From a virus, in IMG/VR virus record IMGVR_UViG_3300037882_003535, positions 7,810 through 71,809 of that record: 64,000 nucleotides of DNA; one strand, given 5' to 3'. Below the pieces are notes generated by a model, which made no database searches, was not told the origin of the DNA, and saw nothing but the letters and a program-made list of their open reading frames with translations. Below are positions 1-9,710 of the stretch, in pieces (the stretch's first letter is position 1; each line of letters opens with the position of its first letter). A program made the translations under genes and the position numbers.

Positions 1-550
1 GGGAGGTTCGCGGCTTTACATTAGTCAAGTTATGTAGCAGGACATCGCCCCTACTGCCCGCTTCGCTTGCTGAGAGCGTGTTTAAGGCTTGTCCACGATC
101 GGACAGGACAAGTGACAAGCGCAAGGGGTTCGATCGGGCTACGATCGCCGCAGGGTGGGTTTTGCTGGTAGATTGTCATAGGTGATCGTATGTCAAAAAA
201 AGAGAGAACGCTCGATCGTCTGTCTGATCGAGCGTTCTCTTTAGATTTCCTTCTGCTTTCTCGAATGGCGCTTTCGCCCCCAACGCAGTGCGACAGAATG
301 TTCCCCCACAGTTTTAGGGTGCAAGTCGATCGGGCGATCACATTCCGCGTAATCCGCCGCTGTCATCTGTATCTCAACAGTCAACATGTGAGCACTGGAT
401 TGATGGCAGGGTCTCACGCGGCGGGGCAACCTACGTTTAGTGAGGGCGGGCAAGTATACCGGGAAAACTTTGGTTTTTGGGTGGCGGAGATTTTGGAGGC
501 ACTGGCATTGCTCACTCAAAAGCGGGCACTGTTGAGTCTGCCCGCCTGCT

Positions 551-814
551 CTACGCTAATTTAGGCTGTTTCGCTTGCTGTGCTGTTTCTTCGATATGCT
601 CCATCATCCGACACAGCAATTCGTAATGCTCCCACGGAAATTCGATCGTCGCCTTTTCGATTGCCTCACCCCGTTGCTTTGGGGTGAGTTTTTTAAATGC
701 CGCGATCGTTGCCTTGGGAGCCTGAATGGTGATTTCTTGGCTCTCCCATCCATCAGGGATACGATGGGCAGCGATCGCAGCAGCGGTCTGGGCTTTGCGA
801 TCGGTTTTAGACAT
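551..814 (-). CDS. hypothetical small protein
   Basis: 87-aa ORF overlapping the upstream 807..1313 ORF by 8 nt in a leftward operon. Confidence 0.65.
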   Translation of the reverse strand: MSKTDRKAQTAAAIAAHRIPDGWESQEITIQAPKATIAAFKKLTPKQRGEAIEKATIEFPWEHYELLCRMMEHIEETAQQAKQPKLA

Positions 815-1313
815 CAGTATTCACGTAAGGCAAGCTTTTTAGGTCTTTGGAGAAGTACGCAACATCAGTTGGCATATGATTGTTGTGAGCTTTCTGAATC
901 CGTATTGATTTAGTCCCAGCTTCGCACCGGAAACCTTTCGCTTGAGAGTCATGGCGACCCTCTTCCCACTGCCAGCCGTTCCCCCAGTCAGTCCATGTCT
1001 TGACAGCATTGGAGAATGATTGAGGAGACTTGCAGTATTCGACCAACGCGAAACGGTTCTCAAAAGCGCCGGCGACAGCTTGATTGAGTCTATCAAATGT
1101 ACCAAGCTTCCCAGTATCCAGCCGAAGGAACCCTTTGACTCCAGCGCAAGGCTTGAATTCAAGCACGACGTAGCGAGAGCCTGAGTAGCTCCATAGACCA
1201 GTTTTAGCTACCGAGCAATTCAGCTTCTTTCCGTCCCCAACAATAAACTCAAGAGTGAGTCCTTCAACGATTTGGCGCAAGTTTTCATCCATTCCGGTTA
1301 GGGTTGCAGTCAT
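807..1313 (-). CDS. hypothetical phage protein
   Basis: 168-aa ORF, AGGAG RBS upstream of ATG. Confidence 0.75.
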   Translation of the reverse strand: MTATLTGMDENLRQIVEGLTLEFIVGDGKKLNCSVAKTGLWSYSGSRYVVLEFKPCAGVKGFLRLDTGKLGTFDRLNQAVAGAFENRFALVEYCKSPQSFSNAVKTWTDWGNGWQWEEGRHDSQAKGFRCEAGTKSIRIQKAHNNHMPTDVAYFSKDLKSLPYVNTDV

Positions 1314-1372
1314 GTTTGTCGCTCCTGAAAAATAATGATATATGTGTTGTGAAAATCCCCGCCGTCGAGGAA

Positions 1373-1426
1373 TGCCGCGCCTGGAAGTCGAACCCAGGTT
1401 TATCCCGAGGGGGAGCCGATCGCGGT
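1373..1426 (-). other. tRNA-like mini-element (T-arm + acceptor-like stem, no D arm)
   Basis: minus strand CCGCG...CTGGG-TTCGACT-TCCAG-GCGCGGC-A; intergenic. Confidence 0.45.
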
Positions 1427-1432
1427 TTGCAT

Positions 1433-2245
1433 TTAGTCGAATGTTATTGAATTGCCACCTAGTTTTAGGTAGCTTTCGGAACTATCGCCGTAGTCCCAGA
1501 CGCTATGCCCAGCGGAGATTGTCTCCGAATGCATCCCGCAAGGAGACGAGATTAAAATGCCTTCTGCCGTGATGGACTGGATCGTCCATCCGACATACTT
1601 CTGCATATCTTCAAGCGCTTTCGCTGCCGCAGAGCGTTCCGCAGCTTTCGCCTCTTCTTGTATTTGGGCACTCGTTTTAAGAGTGCATGTCCATCCCTCG
1701 GGAGGGAAAGCAAAATTAACGTGGTTACTGCCAACGGAAATCCAATATCGTTCCCAAGACGAATCTGTTTTGATTGGCTCAACACTACGGCCAGAAAAAC
1801 TGCCTGCTACCATAATTCCATCCAGCCCAGAATAGCTCCCAGCAACAAGCTTATGCTGCAACCATGGTGATTCTGTGGGGCACAAACTTGTCTTATGCAT
1901 AAACGGGGTCCAGTCTTTGCTCAATCTGCTTTTTGACCCGATTGAGATGATCGCTGAAGCTAATAAGTCTTCATCTCGGACTCGATTAGCCCAGCCATCC
2001 AGCTCTGTTTGCCGGAATTTAACGCACTCTTCCACGACAATTTGTTCTCCATCATTTACCGACACTAAGATTAAAACCCCGTAGTCTTTGTCGCTCTTGC
2101 GTAGAGTTATTGAAATATCGCACGGAACAGGTGCCTCAAACGATTTCAACCGTGCGACCAGCGCAGCAATTTTGAGGCTTTCGTTCCAAGAAGTTTTAGA
2201 AGCAATGGCTTCTAGCTCAGGTGAGAGTGCGATATTGGATGGCAT
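1433..2245 (-). CDS. hypothetical phage protein
   Basis: 270-aa ORF directly downstream of a consensus sigma70 promoter. Confidence 0.75.
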   Translation of the reverse strand: MPSNIALSPELEAIASKTSWNESLKIAALVARLKSFEAPVPCDISITLRKSDKDYGVLILVSVNDGEQIVVEECVKFRQTELDGWANRVRDEDLLASAIISIGSKSRLSKDWTPFMHKTSLCPTESPWLQHKLVAGSYSGLDGIMVAGSFSGRSVEPIKTDSSWERYWISVGSNHVNFAFPPEGWTCTLKTSAQIQEEAKAAERSAAAKALEDMQKYVGWTIQSITAEGILISSPCGMHSETISAGHSVWDYGDSSESYLKLGGNSITFD

Positions 2246-2292
2246 GATTGTTTTGCGGCTTAGTAAAGTGTTTTGCCGCTCTCCATGTCCTA

Positions 2293-2321
2293 AAGATAAC
2301 GTTTTGCCTGGATAATGTCAA
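2293..2321 (-). promoter_or_regulatory. sigma70-type promoter
   Basis: TTGACA-17bp-TATCTT on the minus strand. Confidence 0.7.
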
Positions 2322-2886
2322 GCTATTTCCGGTAAATTGTTTAGAGCTTTACTACACAAGGGTTCTAAGGCGTAAACTTGGGAGTGCTTGCTCAATGCCG
2401 CCGGGTAGTGACAAGCGTAAGGGATTCGATCGGACCACGATCGCCGTCTGACTGGGTTTGCTGAAGATGTCCGCAGGTGATCGCGATCGGTCATTCCGTC
2501 AGACTGAGGATGCGATCGATCGTGGTCCCGAGAAACATAGCGATCGTGGTTGCATCAGCGGTCTGGATGCCTTGGAAGAAGAGAAACGACTCGATCGCGA
2601 ACATGCCGATCGTCGGAAGCTTGTAGAGATTCATGGTGTCTAAAAATTTTGGTAGCTCGGGGGACTAGCGCTCTGCTGTATGCCCACGCCCGAGGTGATG
2701 ATTTAACTATATCTATTCGCGAAAAATAAAGCGGTAATCTAAAGCACTTTTATAGGTCGTGAGACAGAAGTGAGACAAGCGCTAGTCCAAGAGCAAGCTA
2801 AAGGCAAAGCGTGAGGGTATGTCAAAAGGTGCTGTTTTGATGGGTTTTAGCGATCGTCGTTGAAAAATCAAAAAAAATGAAAAATT

Positions 2887-3086
2887 GTGTACTTAGCTTG
2901 AAAAGCTTTCAGTGAAAGCATCTTAAGATTTTTTGTGTCACGTAGCTTAAAAAGCAAAACCTTAAGTACACTTGTCTCAAACGAAATAATGCGGGTTAGC
3001 CAATTTATTGTGACAGTTAAGTACACTTTTTGTCACGCTAAAAACGCTAAAACATTGATTCTCTCGTGACACCAATTTAAGTACAC
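2887..3086. repeat. cluster of four (T)TAAGTACAC boxes (operator- or iteron-like)
   Basis: boxes at 2887-2895(-), 2962-2971, 3017-3026 and 3077-3086 in an AT-rich ORF-free region, interspersed with GTGACA/TGTCAC. Confidence 0.75.
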
Positions 3087-3139
3087 TCATTTTTTGTGTC
3101 ATTTTGAGTTTGCTTGCTGAGACAGTGAGACTAGATGAG

Positions 3140-3180
3140 CAAAAGTAAACCCGATCGAATTTCGATCGGGTTTACTTTTG
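3140..3180. terminator. perfect 20-bp-arm inverted repeat (probable bidirectional terminator)
   Basis: CAAAAGTAAACCCGATCGAA-T-TTCGATCGGGTTTACTTTTG. Confidence 0.6.
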
Positions 3181-3384
3181 GAAAGTTTTTGCGATTTTTA
3201 TAAGTTGTTGGAGGTCTTCTTCGGAAAGGTTCTCGGTTATTTTTTGGAGACGTTTCCTTAGGCGATCGAAATTCGATATACCTGGACCACGCTTACGCGG
3301 TGTTTGCGAGCTTGGCTCGGCTTCACTCTCGCTCTCCGTTGTTTTCTGTATATCGTGGACGTTGACGGCTTTTTTCCCGTCCAC
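3172..3384 (-). CDS. small helical protein overlapping the regulator gene
   Basis: 70-aa ORF with an amphipathic C-terminus ending at the hairpin; overlaps 3258..3785 by 127 nt. Confidence 0.4.
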   Translation of the reverse strand: MDGKKAVNVHDIQKTTESESEAEPSSQTPRKRGPGISNFDRLRKRLQKITENLSEEDLQQLIKIAKTFQK

Positions 3385-3785
3385 GCCTCGATAACCTCCG
3401 CAATCTTGTTTCCGGGGACTGCCCCTTTATTGTCTTGCATTAATCGCAGGACTGCATCCTCCGTCCCGGCTTCGGCACATTCTGCTAGCCACCGATCGCC
3501 AATGTCTTCCAGATGACTGGAGTTGATCTTGTCGTTTTCCCTCGCTTCGACCGAGTACTTCAGGCAAAACTCCTGATATCGGAGCCGAATCATCATTAGA
3601 AAGAATTGTCGCTGGGTGAGCGATCGGGTTTTGGTGCGACCGTTTGCATCCACTAACCCGGCCTGAAGTCGCCAGATACCCCAGGTTTTCTGGTGGGAGA
3701 TTCGAGCACCCCACTCTTCCAGCACCTTCCGGGCGTCCTTTGAGGCAATCCATCCAATTTCTCCGTCGAGGTCTTTTACCCTCAT
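3258..3785 (-). CDS. putative DNA-binding regulator/initiator (HTH-like segments)
   Basis: 175 aa, C-terminal IAEVIEAWTGKKPSTSTIYR HTH-like motif; divergent from the 4031 operon and flanked by repeated boxes. Confidence 0.6.
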   Translation of the reverse strand: MRVKDLDGEIGWIASKDARKVLEEWGARISHQKTWGIWRLQAGLVDANGRTKTRSLTQRQFFLMMIRLRYQEFCLKYSVEARENDKINSSHLEDIGDRWLAECAEAGTEDAVLRLMQDNKGAVPGNKIAEVIEAWTGKKPSTSTIYRKQRRARVKPSQARKHRVSVVQVYRISIA

Positions 3786-3808
3786 AGCCGTCTTACCTAA
3801 ATAGCCTA

Positions 3809-3943
3809 GTGTACTTAACAGGATTGTACGCGGCGATCAAATAAAAGTCAAAGCCTCGGAAATTCAAGGGTTTTAGGCTCTAAAGAAAATAAAGTGTACT
3901 TAATGCTTGACAGGATTAAGTACAGTGTCTTAAATTAAGTACA
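3809..3943 (+). promoter_or_regulatory. sigma70 promoter overlapped by four TTAAGTACA boxes
   Basis: TTGACA 3907-3912, TAAATT 3931-3936; boxes at 3809-3818(-), 3894-3903(-), 3916-3924, 3935-3943. Confidence 0.7.
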
Positions 3944-4030
3944 TGAAAGCGCGACGCCTCGGAAAGACGAGGGCTGGACCCCAGGCACGGGGCGGAAGGC
4001 TATTTTGTCCCATCTATTTCTAAAATCACC

Positions 4031-4813
4031 ATGCAAGATCTGCTCAAACGACTTGATATTGAAAATGCCACGATCGGGCATCTAAACTCTACGCTTCAGC
4101 GAATCGATCGATCGCCTGAAGACTTTCCAGAAGGGGAAGAACTGGGACCTCTGGCTTACGAAGTTTCGCAGACGATGAAAAAGAGTGCGATCGCGGTGCA
4201 ATCGAAAGGGTTCACTCCGACCTCCACGAAATCGAAGGCTCCCCAGCCGAAAGTGATCGAAGGCAATCCACCTGTTCAACCGGAAGCGCCGATCGTTTCT
4301 GAAGTTGACTTGACTGGTCAAATTGACTGGGCTTCCTTAAGTCCAGATCAACTGGTTCAAATGGAAAAAGACTTGTCCGATCGGATTGCTCGTGAGGAGG
4401 CCATTGCGAACGGACGTGCTTTGCAGAAGCGTCTACTCGAACTCCAAGGCAAAAATGCTGCGGTTGAAGGCGAGTCTCTGGAGCTTGACACTCAGTTGTT
4501 AGACCAGAAGGCTGAACTTGAAAAAGCCCGAACACTCTTAGCTGTGCGTCGTCAAAGTGAAGACACTATTTTGTCTCTCACCCGAGAGGCTGCGATCGAA
4601 ATGGCAAACGATAATGTCGGTCGGTCGATCGCGGCGATCGATTTGGGAAAGTCGGTGGTGAAACGGACACTTCTTCCGGTCGAGCTTGGCGTTCGTCGAG
4701 CGATGCAGCGGCAATCCGAGATGAACAATTCCGGAGCGGAAATCTCCGCTCGAACAATGCCTCTCTTGAACGGGGGATTCGAGCAAAAGGAGATGCAGAC
4801 GATCGATCTCTAG
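4031..4813 (+). CDS. coiled-coil hypothetical protein
   Basis: 260 aa, long heptad-rich central region. Confidence 0.8.
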   Translation: MQDLLKRLDIENATIGHLNSTLQRIDRSPEDFPEGEELGPLAYEVSQTMKKSAIAVQSKGFTPTSTKSKAPQPKVIEGNPPVQPEAPIVSEVDLTGQIDWASLSPDQLVQMEKDLSDRIAREEAIANGRALQKRLLELQGKNAAVEGESLELDTQLLDQKAELEKARTLLAVRRQSEDTILSLTREAAIEMANDNVGRSIAAIDLGKSVVKRTLLPVELGVRRAMQRQSEMNNSGAEISARTMPLLNGGFEQKEMQTIDL

Positions 4814-4856
4814 TCTCCGTCAAACTTGCAAACCTTATTGATTTTCTAGAGCAATT

Positions 4857-5039
4857 ATGAGTTTTTCACAAGTCCGGCTATCTCTGGATACGGCAAGAGC
4901 AATCTTTCGGGACGCAACCATCGATCCCATCGAAATTGGCGGGAAAGTGGTTGCCTACCGAGGCGTTTTCAAAGGGCATACCTACGAAAATCCAGTGCTT
5001 TATTTGCTGGCTCAAATGATGGTGGAGGGAAATGTCTAA
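4857..5039 (+). CDS. hypothetical small protein
   Basis: 60 aa; TAATG coupling to the next gene. Confidence 0.65.
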   Translation: MSFSQVRLSLDTARAIFRDATIDPIEIGGKVVAYRGVFKGHTYENPVLYLLAQMMVEGNV

Positions 5040-5302
5040 TGACTCATTCTGAAGAAAAAACGATCGGACGAATCACGTTCACAACAGAAGCTCAGGATGC
5101 TCGATCGAAGTTAAATCTTTGGCTTACGATGGGTTCCCTCTGCTGTCTGGGGGTTCTCACGGGGGGTGGTTTTTATCACTATGTGGTGATGCCTGGGCTT
5201 GTCCATAACGCCTATCTTCATGGCACGATTGAGGGCTACGAGTGCGGAACTTACAAAAATGCCGATGTCAAAGACATTCCCGATCGTTGTATCGGAGGTT
5301 GA
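5039..5302 (+). CDS. single-TM membrane protein
   Basis: hydrophobic stretch LWLTMGSLCCLGVLTGGGFYHYVV. Confidence 0.7.
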   Translation: MTHSEEKTIGRITFTTEAQDARSKLNLWLTMGSLCCLGVLTGGGFYHYVVMPGLVHNAYLHGTIEGYECGTYKNADVKDIPDRCIGG

Positions 5303-5304
5303 GT

Positions 5305-5526
5305 ATGGAAGGATTGATTAAATCACCCACATTTGAAATTAAAATTCGCCTTCACGAATCAATCAGGGCTGGGGCAAAACTGACCCTTGATAGCCATCCC
5401 GGAGTTTTTGTCGTTCTCGATATTACTCATCAATTGATTTCGACTCCCCACGATCGATCTCGAACCCATGAAGTTAGGACGATCGTGAATGTTAAGCAAA
5501 TTGATACTACTCCCCGTAGAGAATAG
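5305..5526 (+). CDS. hypothetical small protein
   Basis: GGAGG RBS, ATG 5305, 73 aa. Confidence 0.6.
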   Translation: MEGLIKSPTFEIKIRLHESIRAGAKLTLDSHPGVFVVLDITHQLISTPHDRSRTHEVRTIVNVKQIDTTPRRE

Positions 5527-5621
5527 CTTTTATTGCCGTCGAGCTAGTCAATCGATCGTACGGCGCATTTGTAGATCGACTGCATCTAGTCAAGAAAACC
5601 TCAAGCCTTAAACCTCAAGCA

Positions 5622-5780
5622 ATGAATACTGAAACTCTGGAAATCAATCTCGCTGAAAATTACTTCTACTGCCAGATCTGTAACTGGTCTCTTTTTATAA
5701 AGAACAAGGATGCTGATGGGTTTGGAGGAGTGAGTTTAGTTTCCCCGAAAGCTAAATTTTACGATTTTGGTTTCATCTAA
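5622..5780 (+). CDS. hypothetical 52-aa protein (CxxC)
   Basis: manual translation MNTETLEINLAENYFYCQICNW...; below the ORF-track cutoff. Confidence 0.4.
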   Translation: MNTETLEINLAENYFYCQICNWSLFIKNKDADGFGGVSLVSPKAKFYDFGFI

Positions 5781-5825
5781 AAAGAAAAAAGACGATCGTC
5801 CTTTATTCCCATCCCCTATCTGCCA

Positions 5826-6206
5826 ATGAATGAAATCACTGATTATCTGAACTCTCAACTAATTCGAGCATTGTCCGATCGGTTTGGATCAAAACTTGAC
5901 TCCCTTACCGCGACGGACAAGCTTGATTTATCGCATTTGATTTTGACCACGATCGCGTGGATTGATAATGAGCAAGAATCAAAATCTCTTGCCATGACGG
6001 CTGAAGTTCACGGAAGAGTTTATCCGGAGTCTCCGGGGACTCCTCAGGCTATTGCGTTAATTGATGCCTATTGTCCATCGGCTGAAGAGCTATTCGCTGT
6101 GAGTGCAATTTTAAATCATCACTTGCATAAGGGTATCTATGCCGAATATGCTCCAGTCCACGAAGGCGATCAAATTCTTGATTCCCTTAATACGATGTTT
6201 CGGTGA
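5826..6206 (+). CDS. hypothetical protein
   Basis: 126 aa; GTGA overlap with the next gene. Confidence 0.75.
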   Translation: MNEITDYLNSQLIRALSDRFGSKLDSLTATDKLDLSHLILTTIAWIDNEQESKSLAMTAEVHGRVYPESPGTPQAIALIDAYCPSAEELFAVSAILNHHLHKGIYAEYAPVHEGDQILDSLNTMFR

Positions 6207-6661
6207 TTGAAATGAGAACACTTAATCCCGCCTTATCAGTATTTGGATGGTGCGTTGCTGCTGTCTCGGTTCTTGGGGTGTTTGCGATGGTGGGTCACTC
6301 TGGGTCTAAGGCTCAAAGTGATGTCGAAATAGCAGCAGCAGACGCCCGCGCCCGAGAACGATACAACCATTGCATCCGCTTTGAAGTGCCGATCGTCCCC
6401 AAGATGATCGTCACAACTGATAAAAATCGCCCACTGGCAGAGGGCACTGACATTTGTGATGACTTTGGTTCTACGGCTGAAGTCAAGTTAGTAAAAAATC
6501 AGGAAGGTGGCGTTATTTCGATCGTAGGAGCGATCGATCGAATCCATGACTACAAATCCTATTTGGAGGAAAAGAAAAAACGACACGGAACGCTCGATAT
6601 CAAGGGCGAAAAACGCCAGTTAAACTATCAGACCAAACCCAATCCGGAGGAAAGTCCATGA
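6203..6661 (+). CDS. single-TM protein with a probable extracytoplasmic domain
   Basis: N-terminal TM helix, then a soluble domain with a Cys pair; ATGA coupling. Confidence 0.75.
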   Translation: MIEMRTLNPALSVFGWCVAAVSVLGVFAMVGHSGSKAQSDVEIAAADARARERYNHCIRFEVPIVPKMIVTTDKNRPLAEGTDICDDFGSTAEVKLVKNQEGGVISIVGAIDRIHDYKSYLEEKKKRHGTLDIKGEKRQLNYQTKPNPEESP

Positions 6662-7512
6662 CCGCTGCTAAATCGTATTTCTCGAATACTAAAAAGACCA
6701 CGACCACGACCACGACGGCTCCGCAAAATTATGTTTCGCCTCAGGCAGGCATTGAACCAGAACCCGAATTGACCGGATTAGCTAAACTAATGTCACCGAT
6801 CGAAAAGTTCGGTAAAACTTATTTTTGGTTGACTGATTCTTCTCCGAAAGAAGGCGGCGCAAAATATATTTTGTATTTGCTTTCGCTATATTGTGCGGCA
6901 ATGTCCTGGGAGAGCATGTACGCCTCGTTCCCCGTCGCTTTGGGCATTCGTGACAAGGCGGAAAGCGTTAAGTTTTTGCCAAAAGTTGGGATTAATGATG
7001 GCGCGAATCCAGCAAACCTCCTTAATCCTATGGAGTTAGTTGCGACTGTTACCAATATGTTTCCAGCATTGTCTCCGGTCCCATTACCTAAAGTCACGAA
7101 GACTTCTCCACAGGCTTTGCTTGATCCAACCTTTTGGATTGCTGGGGTGATGTCGCTGGGAATCGCGACTTATCAGGCAAAGGCGGTCCGATCGATCTCG
7201 ATCGCAGCTCGGAAGCGTCGGCTTGATGCTGTCGCCTCTTATAAGACGCCCAAACTCGATCCCAATTCGTTGGCGATCGCCAAAGTCCGCAAGAAAGAGT
7301 TCGAGAATGCGGGGATGGGCAATTACGTTACTTCAGGGTTAATGATTGCGGGTTCCTATGCGATCGAGGCGGTGTCCTTTGCGGCTTCGATCGCGGGTGG
7401 TAACTCGAACGGTGTCGCGGTATTTATTAACGGTCTTGGCTCCGTTTTTGGGGCTGAGTCGTTCTACAATGCGACGCTCGACGATGACCAGCGAGAGCAG
7501 AAAAAAGCGTAA
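6658..7512 (+). CDS. multi-pass membrane protein
   Basis: 284 aa with 3-4 hydrophobic segments. Confidence 0.8.
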   Translation: MTAAKSYFSNTKKTTTTTTTAPQNYVSPQAGIEPEPELTGLAKLMSPIEKFGKTYFWLTDSSPKEGGAKYILYLLSLYCAAMSWESMYASFPVALGIRDKAESVKFLPKVGINDGANPANLLNPMELVATVTNMFPALSPVPLPKVTKTSPQALLDPTFWIAGVMSLGIATYQAKAVRSISIAARKRRLDAVASYKTPKLDPNSLAIAKVRKKEFENAGMGNYVTSGLMIAGSYAIEAVSFAASIAGGNSNGVAVFINGLGSVFGAESFYNATLDDDQREQKKA

Positions 7513-7519
7513 TAAAAAC

Positions 7520-7548
7520 GAAGGCGATCGCCGTAAACGATCGCCTTC
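7520..7548. terminator. HIP1-based hairpin
   Basis: GAAGGCGATCG-N7-CGATCGCCTTC. Confidence 0.5.
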
Positions 7549-7569
7549 ATCATTATCTCGGAGTGAGAC

Positions 7570-9393
7570 ATGTCTAATTTAGTCTTGAAAGAGGCGTTTA
7601 ATCAATATGATGTCGAACGAGTTTTGAAGGCTCGGCTCGACAACCTGAAGCGTCTGGGTGACGCGGACAAGTCGAGCTTAGGAGGACAGCAACTTTCTGG
7701 CTCGATCGCCTTGGCATCGGCTGCTACGATCGCGTTCCTTGGTGCCCAAGCATTCGCCTTCCCGGTGGGATGCTTGGGTTTATTCATGTATGGTCAGGCG
7801 ACTGTGCGTGAGGGAATGCTGACGGGCAGTCTTCGTCCCATCCCACTGTCTGGAGCTGATGTCGGTGCCATTGCGCTCTCGTCCGATCGATCGACTAGAG
7901 GTGATGTCGAGCGGAAGCGGGTGACGGGCTACAACTACCTGAATGCCTTAGAAAAAGCGGAATATTCGTTGATCAATAATTTCGGGCGAGTTGTGGCGCA
8001 GGTTTTACAGCGCATGAACCCATCCGATCGATCGGCGGAATGGGTTCGGGTTGTCGATATTTTTGATGACCTTTATGGCGATTACATCAAGGAATCCCCT
8101 AGAGCTTTGATTGGTCAGTTGGACCCCAAGGAGTTGTTTTCGTATCTCACAGCGTCTCCTGAAAAGTTGCATCAATTGGCGACGGAAGCAGCAGCCGAGG
8201 CTATCGTTGATGTCCCCGCCCAAGCGGTAAAGCCCTCCGTTTTTAAGTCGTCGGTTTTGGCAGCTCCGACAACGATTGCTGATGCAGTAGTTCAGCACCA
8301 AAACGCCTCGCCAACGGGATTGATGCGAGATCCTGTGAGTCCGATCGTCACTCAATCCAATATGGTAGCCGTCGCTCCCTCTTCTGCTGTAATTTCCGGG
8401 AACAAAGCAGAAATCCATAATTTCGCGATCGATTTAGGCCGCAATCCTCAGTCTGCGATAATCCTTGGGACACCTGGGGCTGGGAAAGGGATTAGCATTT
8501 CTGTCGCAATTCGTGAATTGCGACAGAAATATCCCTCGGTTAAAATCATGATGGTCGATCCAAAAGGCGACCCAAAAGAGCGAGGATACTGGAATTCTCA
8601 TGTCGATATTCTAGAGAGTAGAGACATTTTAATGATGAATCCGATCGCAGCGGCGGAATGGATGATGAACTGCGTTGAAGCGTATCGAAATCTTCCAGCT
8701 CCCAAACTCCTTATTTGGGATGAGCTACTCTCGACAAACTCCACATTAAAGGCGGCTCATAATCCAAACCCCAAAAGGGACGCAGAGCCGTTCCCTTGCC
8801 TAACTGATTTTCAGCACTTTATTTCGACACATCTTTCTCTCGGCCCATCAAGAGGCATTTGGGTTTGGGGGATGTCGCAGTCTGCCAATCTTAAGGATTT
8901 GGGGCTGAATGGTGGTCAATTAAGTACCTCTCGATTGATTGCTCTAGTTAGCCCTACGAATCGTGGGGCCGTTGAAGCTTACTGGTCTACGAACGCGATC
9001 GTCGCGCCAAAGGGTGGATATGACGAGATTGAATCTTTGATGGCAATGTCACCAGTCGGGCGGGCCGTTTACGATGGTAAATTCAAACGCTGGTATCCGG
9101 TGGCAAAACTGGAAAATCATTCAGGTTTCGATCGGGACAATGCTGATTGGAATAATCTCGACGCATCAGCCCCGATCGCCCCTCAACCCCAAGAATCCAC
9201 TTGGGTTGCTGAAGGCCGATCGGAAGGTTCTGCTGAGTGGGATTTGCTGATGCAGTCGATCGCGGCTCAAGCATTAATTTCGTCAGGACTCGATCGGCAA
9301 AATCTAGTTCACGCTGCAAAGTTGGCGAAGGAGCTGGACGAAAACGGTCAGAGAAACGAAGCTTTTGAACTATTGAAACAGCAACTGCCATGA
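7570..9393 (+). CDS. membrane-anchored FtsK/HerA/VirD4-family P-loop ATPase
   Basis: N-terminal hydrophobic segments; Walker A ILGTPGAGKG, VDPKGD, Walker B LLIWDE, GMSQS motif. Confidence 0.8.
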   Translation: MSNLVLKEAFNQYDVERVLKARLDNLKRLGDADKSSLGGQQLSGSIALASAATIAFLGAQAFAFPVGCLGLFMYGQATVREGMLTGSLRPIPLSGADVGAIALSSDRSTRGDVERKRVTGYNYLNALEKAEYSLINNFGRVVAQVLQRMNPSDRSAEWVRVVDIFDDLYGDYIKESPRALIGQLDPKELFSYLTASPEKLHQLATEAAAEAIVDVPAQAVKPSVFKSSVLAAPTTIADAVVQHQNASPTGLMRDPVSPIVTQSNMVAVAPSSAVISGNKAEIHNFAIDLGRNPQSAIILGTPGAGKGISISVAIRELRQKYPSVKIMMVDPKGDPKERGYWNSHVDILESRDILMMNPIAAAEWMMNCVEAYRNLPAPKLLIWDELLSTNSTLKAAHNPNPKRDAEPFPCLTDFQHFISTHLSLGPSRGIWVWGMSQSANLKDLGLNGGQLSTSRLIALVSPTNRGAVEAYWSTNAIVAPKGGYDEIESLMAMSPVGRAVYDGKFKRWYPVAKLENHSGFDRDNADWNNLDASAPIAPQPQESTWVAEGRSEGSAEWDLLMQSIAAQALISSGLDRQNLVHAAKLAKELDENGQRNEAFELLKQQLP

Positions 9394-9710
9394 ATAGACG
9401 AGATTTTCTAGGACACACCGATCGGGAGGTCGTCCGATCGACCCCCTACTGCCTTCCATTCGATTTCGTGCTACCTCCGGTGGGGTTTCAAGACTCTATG
9501 CCCGCCAGTGCGATCGGGGCCGTCCTGAAGCGCTGTTATCAACCAGACCTGCCTCAAGTGGGATGGAAGATTGAACATGCTGGGCATTGGTGGGAGGGCA
9601 TTGGTGGGAGGTTGTGGCGATCGAACAAAGATTGGCGACGAAGGGAAGCCGCGATCAGGATTATCTACCTGTGCGCGTTTGCAAATATCTGGAGCCGATC
9701 GGATGAGTAG
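9390..9710 (+). CDS. hypothetical protein
   Basis: 106 aa, ATGA coupled to the ATPase gene. Confidence 0.6.
   Translation: MNRRDFLGHTDREVVRSTPYCLPFDFVLPPVGFQDSMPASAIGAVLKRCYQPDLPQVGWKIEHAGHWWEGIGGRLWRSNKDWRRREAAIRIIYLCAFANIWSRSDE

Noticed and set aside
190-564. Plus-strand CDS
   Set aside because: No recognisable motif or clear RBS, and competing overlapping ORFs; left uncalled
2887-3086. CRISPR mini-array
   Set aside because: The conserved part is only 9-10 bp, occurs in mixed orientation and recurs over a promoter, which fits protein-binding sites better
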